Made by a program: the position numbers and the translations under genes. A stretch of DNA of 59,628 nt, the filler included, from Sphacelaria rigidula (taxonomy: Eukaryota), in assembly GCA_964200075.2 (NCBI GenBank). It is 10 parts of 10 records of this genome, joined end to end, with 100 filler letters (N's around TTAATTAATTAA, not from the genome) between each part and the next. Parts side by side here need not be neighbours in the genome. Positions count along the whole stretch, not along the records: positions 11,947 to 17,819 come from CAXNAA020023820.1; positions 17,920 to 23,792 come from CAXNAA020023821.1; positions 23,893 to 29,765 come from CAXNAA020023822.1; 7 more parts are not named here. The stretch is one strand, 5' to 3'. Positions 12,443-24,924 of this stretch are shown piece by piece. Numbering within the stretch: the first letter of the stretch is position 1; each line of letters opens with the position of its first letter. Under the pieces are notes generated by a model. It made no database searches and had not been told where the DNA came from. It saw only the letters and a list, made by a program, of their open reading frames with translations.

Positions 12443-13453
12443 TTGCCCGAGCAGAATCATTTTGTGCCTGTTACGGCGGACGGGGCAGACTCAGCCCAAA
12501 AACTTGCCGAGAGGCGTTTTCACGATGCCGTAAACATGGCGTTTGAGAAATTGGATTCGGCAACAGCAGGTTTGAAGAAGGCAGCTCAGGACTGCGAGAA
12601 GGCGGAAATGAAGAGGGCAAAGAGTCGGGCCGAGAGGGCGCTGGAGTCACGAGCGCGAGAAACGTGTCAGGTTGTTTGCAGCTTGCTGAATGCTTCACTC
12701 TTCGATACGCACATTGCGTCTGCATCGATGCCGCGCGATTCTGCCGCACGGTGTCTCGGGTGACTATATCTGTTGCATACCGCATTCGTCTCACGCCGTC
12801 CTCGTGTTCACTGGTTCCTGCTTGTGGTCTGCAGGCGGAATTCGATCTTGATGAGCGCGAGGCTGACGTGATCCGTTTGACGGGCTCACATTTGGCGAGT
12901 AAGGGGCGACAGCCTGGCGAAAAGAACACAGCAGTGGCCAATGCCATTTTGATGGATTTGTGCCGTCTGATACTCTCTCCTCCCGTGCATGAACTGCCGC
13001 GTGCAGGCGGAATATGTGACAGACGCCAGGCGGAAGGCCGCAGCTGCGGAAGCAGAAGGGATAGCCCGGGCGAGCCGACAGGTCGAAAATGCCGGGATGA
13101 AAGATGCCCAGCGAAAGGCAGAAGAAAAAAGGGGGAAGGGTGGGAACCAGAACGGTAGTGGGGCCAACGGCGCAAAAAAACGGGCAGGTCGGGGGGAAGG
13201 AGGGATGGGGGAAGGCGCCGGCGAGAAGGGACTGCTACCGGCGGGCGATGTAGAGGGCGCAGCCAGGGCGTAGGTGGACAAACGTGCGAAAGAGCAACGG
13301 TTGCGTAGACCCTCTCTAGAAGCGGAGGCTAAGATCGACAGGGATTCCAAGGCTGACCGCGAACGATGTGCCCGCCGCAAGCTCAAGAGGAGGGCGAAGA
13401 AGTATGAAGCACGAGCGCGCCGGAATGCAGAGAAGGTGGGCACCACTGGCTGA
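12443..13453 (+). pseudogene. Spliced coiled-coil (E/K/R/A-rich) gene remnant
   Basis: Helical charged segments (FEKLDSATAGLKKAAQDCEKAEMKRAKSRAERALESR; AEFDLDEREADVIRL; AEYVTDARRKAAAAEAEG) are bounded by ag/gt sites. After an in-frame TAG at 13271-13273 the composition continues (VDKRAKEQRLRR...KLKRRAKKYEARARRNAEK). One splice phase is inconsistent. Confidence 0.45.
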
Positions 13454-13529
13454 GTTGCGTTCTTGCGGGAAAATGTTCGTGACAGCGCGTCGCGACTTGT
13501 AAATACCATCGAGATCTGCCTGTGAATAC

Positions 13530-13956
13530 GAGCCATGCTACGACAGGGGGGGGGTATTTTGGGCCGTTTTCTTCCACAAAATTTCACTTGAAGTTGTCGT
13601 CGAAAGCGGAAACGGTTGTTCAAACTCGCTTAGTTTCGACGAATAGCGCTCGTTCATACTACTTGGCACCGCTCTCAACCAAGTACAAGCGCACCGCGAG
13701 TGTGTTCAGCCGTCTGACGTACCCATGAGCCCATTTTTTCGTGGAAGCAACCCCCCCCCCCATCTATCGTAGTCACCCTTCATGCGACTCGCCGAATACA
13801 CCACGACGCTTCGCGCTTGGTGATTGAGTGCGAGCCTGGTCCAGCGAAAACCCGGCATGCTCCGTCCCGGCTCTGTAAGGATACAAGGTCAATGGTCTTA
13901 TGACTATGACATTCATGATCATGAGTAGACCCCCCCCCTCTATCGTAGCATGACTT
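13530..13956. mobile_element. MITE family A (Sola-like), 427 bp, 4-bp TSD ATAC
   Basis: atac|gagccatgctacgacagggg ... ccctctatcgtagcatgactt|atac; contains an internal remnant of a right end at about 13750-13772. Confidence 0.8.
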
Positions 13957-15139
13957 ATACGGTATCTGTTCATGTCGAAATATTCGCCGGGCTGTCGCGA
14001 GAATTGGGCAGATTATTGGCACCAGGTTATTGTTGGGTCCATGAGCAAGTGGCTCCGGTAGTAGGGCGTTGTGGACAGTGCCTCGGTGATAGGTGCGTAG
14101 GGCGAACATCGGACCTAATTGCCAACCACATGTGCGATCTGGGCGAAGTAAACCACATCATTGAAGCCATACAGCTAGTTATCTAATGTAGGGGATACGG
14201 TCAACTATTCGGAAAACCCCCAGTTCGACACCGGGTACCCCGCTGAAGTGTAGTTTGGATGTCAGAGCAACTAGTGTACCCAATGCTCGACCTCAGCCGC
14301 CCAAGTGTACACCACCCATCCCGAATTCAACGATGTTTCACGTCGTGCGCCTGGTGTTGATTGATTGACTAAATGATCATATCACCTTAGCTTATCGCAA
14401 CAATCCACCCGGTTGTCAGAAGCAAAGAATATCATAAAGGAGGGAAAGGAAAACGAAGAAAAAAAGAGGGGGGAGACAGCGGCAGCCGCGAAAACAACAG
14501 AAACAGGGATATCGACGGGAACAACAGTAGCAACAACAGAACTCAAGCACACCCGAAGCACATACACGAGATACGCACTACCCAGCGAGAAGTTTGCCTC
14601 GCATGACGTGGCGAGTTGCAACGATCCACCTTGTAATCGGCAAGGAAAAATAGAAGGAAAACGGGGTTATAGAGCATCAGAGGGAGGAATCCACAAGACA
14701 AAAGACAAGAGTCAGGCTCGTTACCGGGAGAGGGGGGTAGAAAGCACATACAAGAATAATCATCCGAAGCACGAATATGGCGCACATCACATCGGCGTAT
14801 AGAAGTCTTGTTGGTGGGGTACATGCGGTCGATGTTGTGCTGATTCTACGGATATATATATATGTATATGTATATCTGTATTCACCCGAATTGACCATAC
14901 ATGCTCTCATGTACTGCGGTGCCTGCTGTGTTAGGGATCCAAGGACATACAAGTCGGCGCCCACCTTCATGACGGGTGGTGCAATAGAGTAAACCCTGGC
15001 TACGGGATGGTGGTGGGCGTTAATTGGGATTCTTCAGGCCAGGTTAAAGTGAGTTACGAAGTCTTCTCGCGCGCGAGTGGAAAATTGCCGACGATGTTCC
15101 CGAGGGCCGTGAGAAAGGATGCCGCGCACGCACAGTGTA

Positions 15140-16020
15140 TGGCGGGGAGTCGGGGGAGGATTCGGATGAGGACAGTGGCTCTGACGAATACAACACCGAA
15201 TGCACGGAGAGAGGACGTTCTTGGCGGCTGCGAGGTGGCGATCGTGCCGACAGTGATAGGGAGGATGGAAGTTCAGACGAGGACGGCGGCTCTCATGACG
15301 ACAGTACGGAGATGAGTGATGACGATCGTTCTCTGCAACTTTGAGATAGCGAGTGTTCCGAGAGTGATGGGGAGGGCGGACGTTTGGATGACGACGGCGG
15401 CTTTCATGACGACAGCATGGACATCAGTGATGACGATCGTCCTCGGCGACGGCGAGATAGTGAGCTGACGGGGAGGGCGGAGGTTTCGATGACGGCGGCG
15501 GTTCTCAGGACGACAGCATCGAGATCATTGAGGGAGACTGTTCACCGTGGCGGCGAGATAGCGAGTGTGTCGACAGTGATGTGGAGAGTTGGAGTTCCGC
15601 AGGGGATAGTGGCTCTCACGACGACACCACGGACATCACGGAGCAAGACCATTCTCGGCGGCGGCGAGGTGATGAGCATTCCGCCGGTGATAGCGATGCT
15701 GGAAGCTCGGAGCAGAATTGTACATCCCGTGACCACTGCACCCACCTCCCGGTAGAACTCCGTTCTTGGCGGCGGCGAGAATGCGAGCGTTCCGCCGATG
15801 ATGGTGCGGGTGCAAATATGGATGAGGATGAATGCTGTCATGACGATAGCATGGAGGTCACGGAGGAAGGCGTTCCTCGGCGGCGGCGGCGGCGGCGGGG
15901 GGGGGGTGACGAGCGTTCCGCCGGGTATGGGGCTAACGGAAGTTCGCAGATGTACGGCGGCTCTCACCACCACAGCAGCGTTTAGGGAGAAAACGATCGT
16001 GATCGCTCCGAGGAATTTAG
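15140..16020 (+). repeat. 111-bp (37-codon) tandem repeat, about 8 units, encoding D/E/S/G-rich blocks with Arg runs
   Basis: The anchor tctcatgacg and its variants lie at 15180, 15291, 15402, 15503, 15614, 15725, 15836 and 15962 (spacings 111, 111, 101, 111, 111, 111, 126). Confidence 0.85.
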
Positions 16021-16239
16021 CGAGGCAGATGATCAATGTTCCACAACGACGAGCCAATATGTGGATGGCTGCATAGACGGGCAAAAGGTGCGAACACAAG
16101 AGTGTACTATTCCATCGATTGATAAAACTATACCGAGAGTGCGCGTGCGTCCTGAGAGCGTCAATGGTACTCTCATCCGTTTCGTCGTGTTCTCCCGCCG
16201 GACAGGGAGGATTTTCAGGGTATACTGCGGACACAGGGG

Positions 16240-17819
16240 GCGAAGAAAACAACGGGAGCAACGCAGGTGCGGCGCCGGTTGCGGGGATTGGTCGTTCATT
16301 CATCGTCACAGGTTCCCCCGAAGACACCTGGGGCTCTGTCTTCGCCGAGCTCCTCCGTGATTTCCGCAAGGCGGGTTATGATACGCTGCCGGTGCGATGG
16401 GTGCGAAAGGTGGGTGCCATGCAGCAAGGAGCAGGTGACATGACAACCACATGAACACACGGGGCACACTGTCAGGAGCGATCGGCGCTAGGCACATCCC
16501 TCTTCTCGCGGAATAAATGAAGAGGAGACCTTATGCAATTATGGTGTGACAAAATCAACGAATCCCGCCCGATCGCAAACACTTGTATCCTTCATGTTGC
16601 AGACGGCGGACGGTTCGGGGTACACTTACTGCAAAATCGAGTGCAAGCATTTGGGACAACCTCGGATAAAGGATCAGATGAAGCCGGGTGGCTACCCTCG
16701 AGCCGTCAATCCATAAGAAAAGGTCAGTGAACACTGTGTCGGGAACCTGGCGTATGTTGGTAGAACATACGAGAGACTCACCACGATGTTGGAGGCCGAT
16801 GTTCCCACGATTTCCGTGCAACGTTCTTTTGTCGTGCCCCCATAGCACACAAGTGTTGGTGTTTACGATCCCACACCGTGAGCATGACAGGATGCTTGTC
16901 GGCAACTTTCTGCTCAAAGGACGCCTCCACTCGTAACCTCCTGGACAGGTGGGATGTCCATTCCTTATCAGCACAAGCTGGGCTCTTCGGGATGATTCGC
17001 CACATGTCACCGTGGTGAGTGCTGCCGTCCGAACCCAGTCGCCAAAAACTAGATTTTTTTCTGCGTTTCGGGCACGGGCACGTGTAGCAGCCGATAACAT
17101 CCACCCCATCCCCCCCCTTCCGCTCGCGTTGATTCCGTACCACCAGTCCCGTGAGAATCATAACCACGACCCGCGGGGATCGACCACAAGGGTCGATTCT
17201 CATATCCTCCCTACCTTCATCGTTGCAACGAGGAAAAGAGATATTCGGAAGTGGACAGCGGCTCGCCTTCGAGCTGGGGACATTATTAAATTAATCGAAG
17301 CGGATGGTGAGTGTTTGTTACTTGGCAAAGATGGGAAGAAGAAGGTTAGCGAGGAATGCTGTGACAGAGGATGGGGCGGGAAGCGCGTGTGGGTTCTGTT
17401 TTCTCGTGTCGCGAACCATTCATGACTAGTGGTGGTTGAACACTCGGCATCACCCGGGAGAGTCCTGTCCGCACCTTACCGTGTCATTTGTTTTCCTATC
17501 CCTTTTTATGTTTGCGGTGGATGATCACGTTCCAGGTCCGCAACATGATGCAAAAGGTGCAGAAAGACTTCCACTGCTCTCCACAGGATGCGGCCGAGTT
17601 CTTGTCTACTCTCAAAAGCGAGCCTGGTATGTTCTGCGAATATACTCTGGATGCAGAAGGAAGACTCGTGGATGCATACTGTGTTCAGGAAGCGAACAGT
17701 TTACCCATTGAACCAGTGAGCGCTCACTGGTTCAATGGGTAAACTGTGCGCTTCCTGAACAAAAGATATGCTGCGTGGTCCATCCCGGCATGACACATCA
17801 GGGATCTCCGGGGCCTCTT
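16240..17819 (+). mobile_element. Intron-containing Mutator/MULE (FAR1-like) transposase, degenerate and truncated at the contig end
   Basis: Exon-like blocks occur in FAR1/MULE order: DTWGSVFAELLRDFRKAGY; YCKIECKHLGQPR; SMTGC; SRENHNHDP; VRNMMQKVQK...QDAAEFLSTLKSEPGMFCEYTLDAEGRLVDAY. Stops and frameshifts are present. Confidence 0.7.
17682..17761. repeat. 80-bp loopless palindrome (40-bp arms, 1 mismatch)
   Basis: tgttcaggaagcgAacagtttacccattgaaccagtgagc|gctcactggttcaatgggtaaactgtGcgcttcctgaaca. Confidence 0.95.
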
Positions 17820-17919
17820 NNNNNNNNNNNNNNNNNNNNNNNNNNNNNNNNNNNNNNNNNNNNTTAATTAATTAANNNNNNNNNNNNNNNNNNNNNNNNN
17901 NNNNNNNNNNNNNNNNNNN
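17820..17919. other. Artificial contig linker
   Basis: 44 N + TTAATTAATTAA + 44 N. Confidence 0.99.
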
Positions 17920-18160
17920 GGGCTTCTCATAATGAGGCGTCTGGCCCGGGGACGGGAGGGGAGGGTTCCCAAAGGGTTAATCCAACTGAGTGATCAGAGA
18001 TCATGTTGCTCCGACAAAGCACATATAACTTCGATGGGAAATGTTCGGCACTTGACAGCCTACCCCAGCCTGCAATGCACCGCCTACACTGCGCTGTGAT
18101 GTTGGATAGTCTTTGCTGCTCTTCGATGTCCTTTGCTAGGAGTTGGCGTGTACGTGGTCT

Positions 18161-18191
<31 letters not shown>

Positions 18192-19217
18192 CGTGTGTGT
18201 AGTCAACGGTCAAAACGTTTCCCCGAGACTGTCAGACGGCTGGACTGTCAGACGGCTGGGCTGTCACACTCTTGTCTGCGCCGTACATATATACTCCGTA
18301 CGAAGAGTATCCATCGAACGAAGGTGCTTGTTGGACACGCCGAGTACTCTCCTCGACATCCAACGAGAAATCAAAGCAGAAGAGATAATAGAAGTCCATG
18401 GCGTACAATCAAACTGCTGGGAAGTCGGTATATACGGAGCAATGACATTCGATACTACATGATTTTTACTCGTCCGCGACCGGGGTTGGGATGTAAAGTA
18501 GCGCGTGCAGCCGCGAACCGCAGCTACTTTTCGACAAGACCAAGAACAGTAGTCACGATGATGATGTCGGTCACTTCTCACCATAATCCTTGTGCTTCTC
18601 CAATAGCCCGAGCTTCCGGCGAGAAGACGGCTGCGCCCTCTCCTTGTGTTCCACGCGCTTTACTGCATTGCGTAGAGACGCCATGCTTCTACGCGTAGCC
18701 GAGGCTGCAGTGCCGGTTCCACCTACCTCCTGGGCATCTCTTCGTGACAGTATTACTTCTTATTTTAACGTGATCAATTTACTTTTGTTCATACCCGTTG
18801 TGTTCTAGAGCCAGCCATCATCCCATTACCCTCATCAATCATGAATCGGTATTAATGAGTTGATAAATAAATATTTTAATTATGATAATCATTATCTTCA
18901 ACTTTGATATCTTCCCTGTCGGGCGCATTTGCTGCCTGAGGAATGGTCAATCAAGCTGGTATACTTTTTGCACATTGTTTTTTGCGGGTCTGAATACAAA
19001 AGACAAAAGTCATGAAGAAAAACAAGCATTTCTGCTCCATCCCCACCAACAACATCGCGTACTCACGTTCAAAGATCTAACTACCAAGACGGCCTGCTCA
19101 GAAAGTACAGTACCTCAAGGACAGTGATCTTTGAGATTCATAAGTGTTTCATTGTCACACCCACACTTCGTTGAAACTGTTGTCGTCAAACAGTCAACTA
19201 CAGACCGCACTTGAAAG

Positions 19218-22200
19218 ATGGCAACATCTTCCGCTCAATGCTACGGTTATAGACCGCAGCTGTCATGGACTACGCTATCTTTGAGACTTTCAGCACTTCT
19301 AGCGCTGGTGATTCTCCGGGCTGGGCCATCTGCGGGAAAGGTGACTATCTCGCAGCCAAAGTATAATTTTCAGTTTTCGAGGCCGGTTTTCGAAGCTTGC
19401 TTGTTGGGGTCATGTTTGTAGATGAAGTGATGTGTGATGCAAAGTACACATGGAGCGGACAGGGCGGTAGCAAAATGGTTGAAGAAAGCATCCTTTTGTG
19501 AAGTCTTTAAGTCTTTGTTTGCGCGAGGTGAAGATGATCAGCCAGCGTGTAAGGATTTGTATAGCCAGGCCTTCAGAGCAGCGCACCACTTTCAACACGG
19601 CGTTTGATTTGCATGCAGAGTGCAAGTGCTGACCTGGCGCATCACGGGGTGTCCACTACATGTGTATCTTCAACGCGTGTCGGTGCCCTCTCACCCGGAA
19701 GGGGGGGGGAACACTAGTCGATGACAAGCGGCAGCGATGCAAGTGCCCCTGTTGATTGCCACGCAGACGGGTCGCTGATTTCTCGGGACTTGATCCTCAA
19801 CAGCATCGTGTAGAGCACACCACCATTGGTAACAAAGCGTTAATTCTTTTTCTTCCGTCTAAATCTCAGCGACCTGGTACCTTCAAAGTGGTCCAGCCTC
19901 TGGATCCTCATACGCCACCACTACATTCGTCGTAATTCAAGGGGCAACAGACAAAAAAAAGAGCATAGCCCTCAAACGTTGGTGATCAAACGAGAGGGCC
20001 CAGCACGTCGGCTCAGAAGGCTAGTGTCTTTTTTCGCCCAACGTACTTTTCAACTATTTACGGTTTAAAGATTGCCGTTCATTGGATGAGAACCCCTGCA
20101 TTGAACACCGCACTGATGACACAGAAACCGCGCTTCGGCTTAAGATGGTACAGTACCGCTTTTCGCGTGAGGACAACACCCCTCTTTCTACTACTTTTGG
20201 AAAATGCACGCCTTGCCTGTATGCTATCCTTTTTTGTTCATTTAATTAACATGTATTGCTGTACCTCTTCTTTTCATCTCCGGGCAAGTTGGGCACACGG
20301 TAAAGCAGTGGTCGTTCGTTGTCACACGCGAGTAACTACGCACCAACAATGAGTGATGAAGAATGAAGCGATTGTGACGATCGAGATCCAAACGACAAAC
20401 CAGCCTGATTTGCATTTTGTTCTGCTGTAGTCGTGTAACGTTCGTTGCGATCCTGTAGGCATACACAGAGTAGCAGCTGCTTTACATGCCACACACTTTT
20501 TTGCGCTGCCATGCAAGCTCTAGGCGAGGTAGACACTTGTTATGTGCTGTATAGTTGAACGTCTTGTGGGTTCTCTGCCGCCGCTTGCGGTGGCATATGC
20601 GGCCACAAACAATTGGGAAAAACAGCACCGTGATGGGACATTGCTTTCAATTAGTGCAGTTGGACACAAGGGAATATACGCTCGCGCATAGCGGGTAACG
20701 TGGGAGGCCTGCAACACCCCAAGTCGGCTTCCTCTCGGCCAACATGTGGTGTAATCCCTTTTGGCCAAAGTTTTGTGCCACACCCTTCGTCTATTGCGCC
20801 TAGTCGAACCAAGGAAACTATCCGCTCGTCTCAAGTAGCACCGCGACCAATGCAATGATCTTTGTTCAATACATTCCGCCTTTCGCTCTGCCGCTGTCGC
20901 CGCCGTTGCCGCTACTCTCTCGCATCCGTTATTCCCCAGGGCGCAGGGGGGCTGACAGCAGCTCAATTGGGGAAGTCGGCCGCAGGATTGGAAGGGCCCT
21001 CACCGATGAAGATCATCAAAGAGGGTGTTCCGCGCGCGATCGCACTGGCGCACCTTGAGCAGGTTAGTCTATTCCGGTGTGCGAACATACACCGCAGACG
21101 GCTTTTCGTCATGTCTCCTTCCGTGTGCCGTTTTCGGTATAATTCCGCTTGCCAATGATCAGCGCATGTAGAGGAAAAGACATGAAACGACAAAGATCAA
21201 TGGAAACTTGTTCATCAGCCTCTGTCGAGCTGCTGTTGTTATATTCAGGTTCCGTTGGTTTAGCGTCTTTGAACTTGCTGATATAACACTGAGATGATAG
21301 AAATGATCACTCTTTTCACCTGTGACTTGCGTCATTTGTTTCTCAACCGGCACTGGCATTTTGTCTCCGTCATCTTTTTTTTTTTCTTCCAAAATCGGAA
21401 CGATCTCTGGCAGGAGATAGAAGACGTGAACGTGATGCATAAGTACGATAGACGGATGGAGCGTCTGGCCATGGTGATGCCCCTGACGGACCTCTTCGAC
21501 CCCGGAGTTTCGGCCTTCGCCCACGAGCACCTTCAGGTTAGAATTCCTCTTCATCCAAAGCGCGGCATAGTTCGGTACACGTCCACGATAAAGAGTAATG
21601 GACAGCATTCAAGCAGCATGGCAAAAATAGAGGATCGTTAACCTGTCATATTCAAATGCTGGAGGGCCTTGAGTGCGAATCACGTCACAAGGCGTTTGCC
21701 GACATGGAGTCGGAGCAGGGATCTTTACTGTACATTTCTTCCCGGCGATGTAACCTCCCCTAGTTAGGTCGGGACCGCTGCGTACGTCTGGCTCGAGAAT
21801 AGGAGATGACGTCGCCCCCGCGGTCGTACACGCGCTTTCTCGTGCGATCTTCACGCTACTGGACGTCCGGCTCCAGGAGTATCCTCTGTTTCTATTGCAT
21901 AGAACAATGCTACCCTCGCATTGATCCGTCAGACGCACATGTACATACATGCACCCCACCACCACCCACTGCAAACTTTCTCCTCGCTTTGCACTCCTGG
22001 TGGACGGGTGGCGAATAAGCAGGAGGGGGACAAGATATCGTTACCGCCGTCGGTCCTCTCGGAACTCCTGCGAAGACAGGCAGAAATCCCGTGGCAATTG
22101 GAGATCCAGCTGGTGCGTCGGAAGGATCGCGGAATATTCGAGCCTGTGGAGGTTCCGACACCGCCACGGGAGGTGGGTAAAGATGGTAGTTGGAGGCATG

Positions 22201-23296
22201 AGACTTGGAGGAAGAAAGGGTGAAGTGTGAAATGAAACGGCCTTGTTTTGTGTGAGGGACCTGGGGTACGTGTGTGGATGTGGCTGATTGTATCGATATA
22301 AGATGTTGAGCGACCGCAGGGCTGCGTTTTACGCTTGCATGCAAGGACTCGAAGCTCAATGGGACGTGTGGCATTCAGCTTCTTTCTCCGAGTTGTTTGA
22401 GGCAAGCGATGTCGGCGTGTGTGTGGCGTGCTGTTCCCGCAGGCCCGTTTCTTCAGACCGCATGTTAGTGCACGTACTGTTGCAAACGGTGTGAGTGGCG
22501 CATGGAGCAAAATAAAACAACGGAGGTTATACGTGTATCATCATCCGCGGGATAGATGCCCACTACTGCGAGTCTGCATGCGGAAGTGCTGACCATTCTA
22601 ACTTTTTTTGCTACAACGTTTTTTTTTTCTCATATTGTGTTATGTCGTAGGCACTGCACGGCAAGACGGAAATGCCGCAGTTGTCGAAAGTAGCGTGCAG
22701 CATACTGGACGCCCGCAGCCCCGAGCAGTTCATCTTTATCCCCGATTGGATGATGAAGGCCTTGCGCCTCAAGCCGAGGTAAGATGCCATTATCACGATG
22801 CTAATCGCTGATGGAATCACTAGGGCAATTCTGCAACACTGTACAGGTGTTTTTCATTGGACCTTGTTTTTTGTGCGTGGTGTGTGATTGGTGCACATGT
22901 GAAAAGGAACGCCGCGTGTTGTTTTTCAACAGGTCACAGTACACGTAAGCATTGGGAGTGTTCTCGTAAGCGTTGGGAGTAGTATCGTATTTGATGCACG
23001 TGCAGGCCGTGAAACTACACCGTGGGAATTATTGGGATCCACGCACAATGAGCAGCTTTTTCCGCGGTCGATGCTGCGCATAAGCGCTCGTGTTCGTCAC
23101 GTCTTGGAGCTGTTGCGTAATCGTGCCTTCGAAAATCGCGTCCGCCTTTCCAGGGATATCGTGCGCTACAGGCACAAGGACCTGACCAGGGCCAGCAAGA
23201 TCGTACTGCAGCCGCACTCCAGCGCGTTCCTCAAGATGTCCAACCACCAGGCGGTGATGGAGACCGAGTTGCGCCACTACTCTGCCGTCTCTCGCG
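19218..23296 (+). CDS. UFD1: UFD1-family ubiquitin fusion degradation protein with an N-terminal targeting leader (candidate symbiont-type sUfd1); exons 19218-19340, 20940-21062, 21414-21536, 22023-22172, 22651-22778, 23154-23296; 3' end missing
   Basis: All six exons have GT/AG borders with compatible phases (0, 0, 0, 0, 2). UFD1 motifs: GDKISLPPSVL, ACSILDARSPEQFIFIPDWMMKAL, IVLQPHSSAFLKMSNHQAVMETELRHYSAVSRG. Exon 1 carries a hydrophobic LSLRLSALLALVILRAGPSAG. Exons 1-2 are less certain than exons 3-6. Confidence 0.85.
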
Positions 23297-23682
23297 GTGA
23301 GCAACCCATGTGCCAGGTACTCTTGTATCTTATTCGCCGGACATCATTTTTGGGGTATAGTGCATATCGACCGCTTGCTCCTTTTCCCTATCCCCCCTGT
23401 CCGCACGCAGTCGCATCAAGGTGCGTTTGACATTGTTTTTTCACTCTGGTACCGTAGTATGATGCTACTGGGGCTGTTTGTACATTAGGATTTGTATATC
23501 AGAAAAAAATATCACAGAGAAAGGCCGCTTAGGGTAATAAAGTGGCTCGCATGACGTGGTGATGGTCTTTCACTTATGCTCTAACCCGAGCTGGAAGTAT
23601 AACCGCGTTTTCTTTGCCGACGTTTGTGGTACGTGTAAGCGTTCTTTGCGAGTACGCGACCCGTACATGTGTGCGCAGAGGA

Positions 23683-23715
<33 letters not shown>

Positions 23716-23792
23716 CGCCCCGACGGCAGCGCCCACACCGATGAACCAAGCAACGACCACCACACCAAGCGGGAGTAAAACCACCCATATCA

Positions 23793-23892
23793 NNNNNNNN
23801 NNNNNNNNNNNNNNNNNNNNNNNNNNNNNNNNNNNNTTAATTAATTAANNNNNNNNNNNNNNNNNNNNNNNNNNNNNNNNNNNNNNNNNNNN
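23793..23892. other. Artificial contig linker
   Basis: 44 N + TTAATTAATTAA + 44 N. Confidence 0.99.
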
Positions 23893-24924
23893 ACGTTTGC
23901 TCTGTGTTACTCTTTCGCATCTTCCCTGCAATAGAGAAATGCGACTTCACCCCATTTTAGTGTTGAACACCAGAATTGAAAATCGGCTGTTGACTGTAAA
24001 ACGCATTTCTGCATCCTAGAAATCCAAACTACAAGCATGGCAGCCACAAAAACCAACGCTCCCGAAACTGATCTGCGGTCAGTGGCCTTGCTTCGCAAAG
24101 TCGACATCTAGGTAGACCAACATGCCTACGTCTACCGCACTGTCCTGCTTGAACTTCAAACGTAGATGCGCCGTTTCCAGAAGAGAAGTCAGAATCTTCT
24201 GGGCTGCCTTTCAGTGGCTCTTCTTTGGCTCGGGAGAGTGCCTCGCCACCGCCCGCACAGCATTCGAGATGTTGGGCCTTGTCTGGTTGGCGATCCACAT
24301 CAGGCTCCCCACCACCTCTCGGAACGGCACATCTCCTGCCACATCATCCTCCATCAAGGACCTGTTATCGTTGGCAAGGGAAGCAGGGATCGAGCTGGTG
24401 CGACAAATGTTGAATCTCTCGAGAATACTCCTACTTTCTTGACAAATCTCTATCGTGCCAGCTTCGCTGTCGCGAATAAATGCGCAACCAAGAAAGAACT
24501 TGACCTCACCCAAATTCTTCGTAGGAAGATAATCACCTAGCGCTTCCACAACAACCTTGGCAAGACTCTTTGTTCCTGCATACAGAACGTCATCCACGTG
24601 AAAAACGACCATACCCACCACCTCGTCTCCCATCATGAAACGCAGGACACAGGGGTCAGACAGAGACTGCTGGAAACCAATTCTTTTCGGGTCCGACACT
24701 AGCCTCTTGTAAAATGTTCTAGATGCCTGCATCAATTCATATAAATTCTTGTCAAACGGAAAACCTTTCCTGACATCGAACCGCAGCCAGGAGGCAACTT
24801 CATGAACACCTCGTGATCCAATTCTGACTGAACAAACGCTTGCTCAATATCCCAGTGGAGTAATTCCAAGTTGTACTTGCACGCCAACGCTACTAGCAAT
24901 CGCATCGATACAGCATTTACAGTT

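Noticed and set aside
15140..16020. CRISPR-like array
   Set aside because: Whole units are homologous with no unique spacers, the period is codon-based, the context is eukaryotic and there are no cas genes.
18003..18698. 231-aa ORF
   Set aside because: It runs through a (TA)n microsatellite and a 16-bp tandem repeat, with no protein motif.
19218..21536. First three UFD1 exons are each exactly 123 nt
   Set aside because: There is no sequence similarity between them; treated as coincidence.
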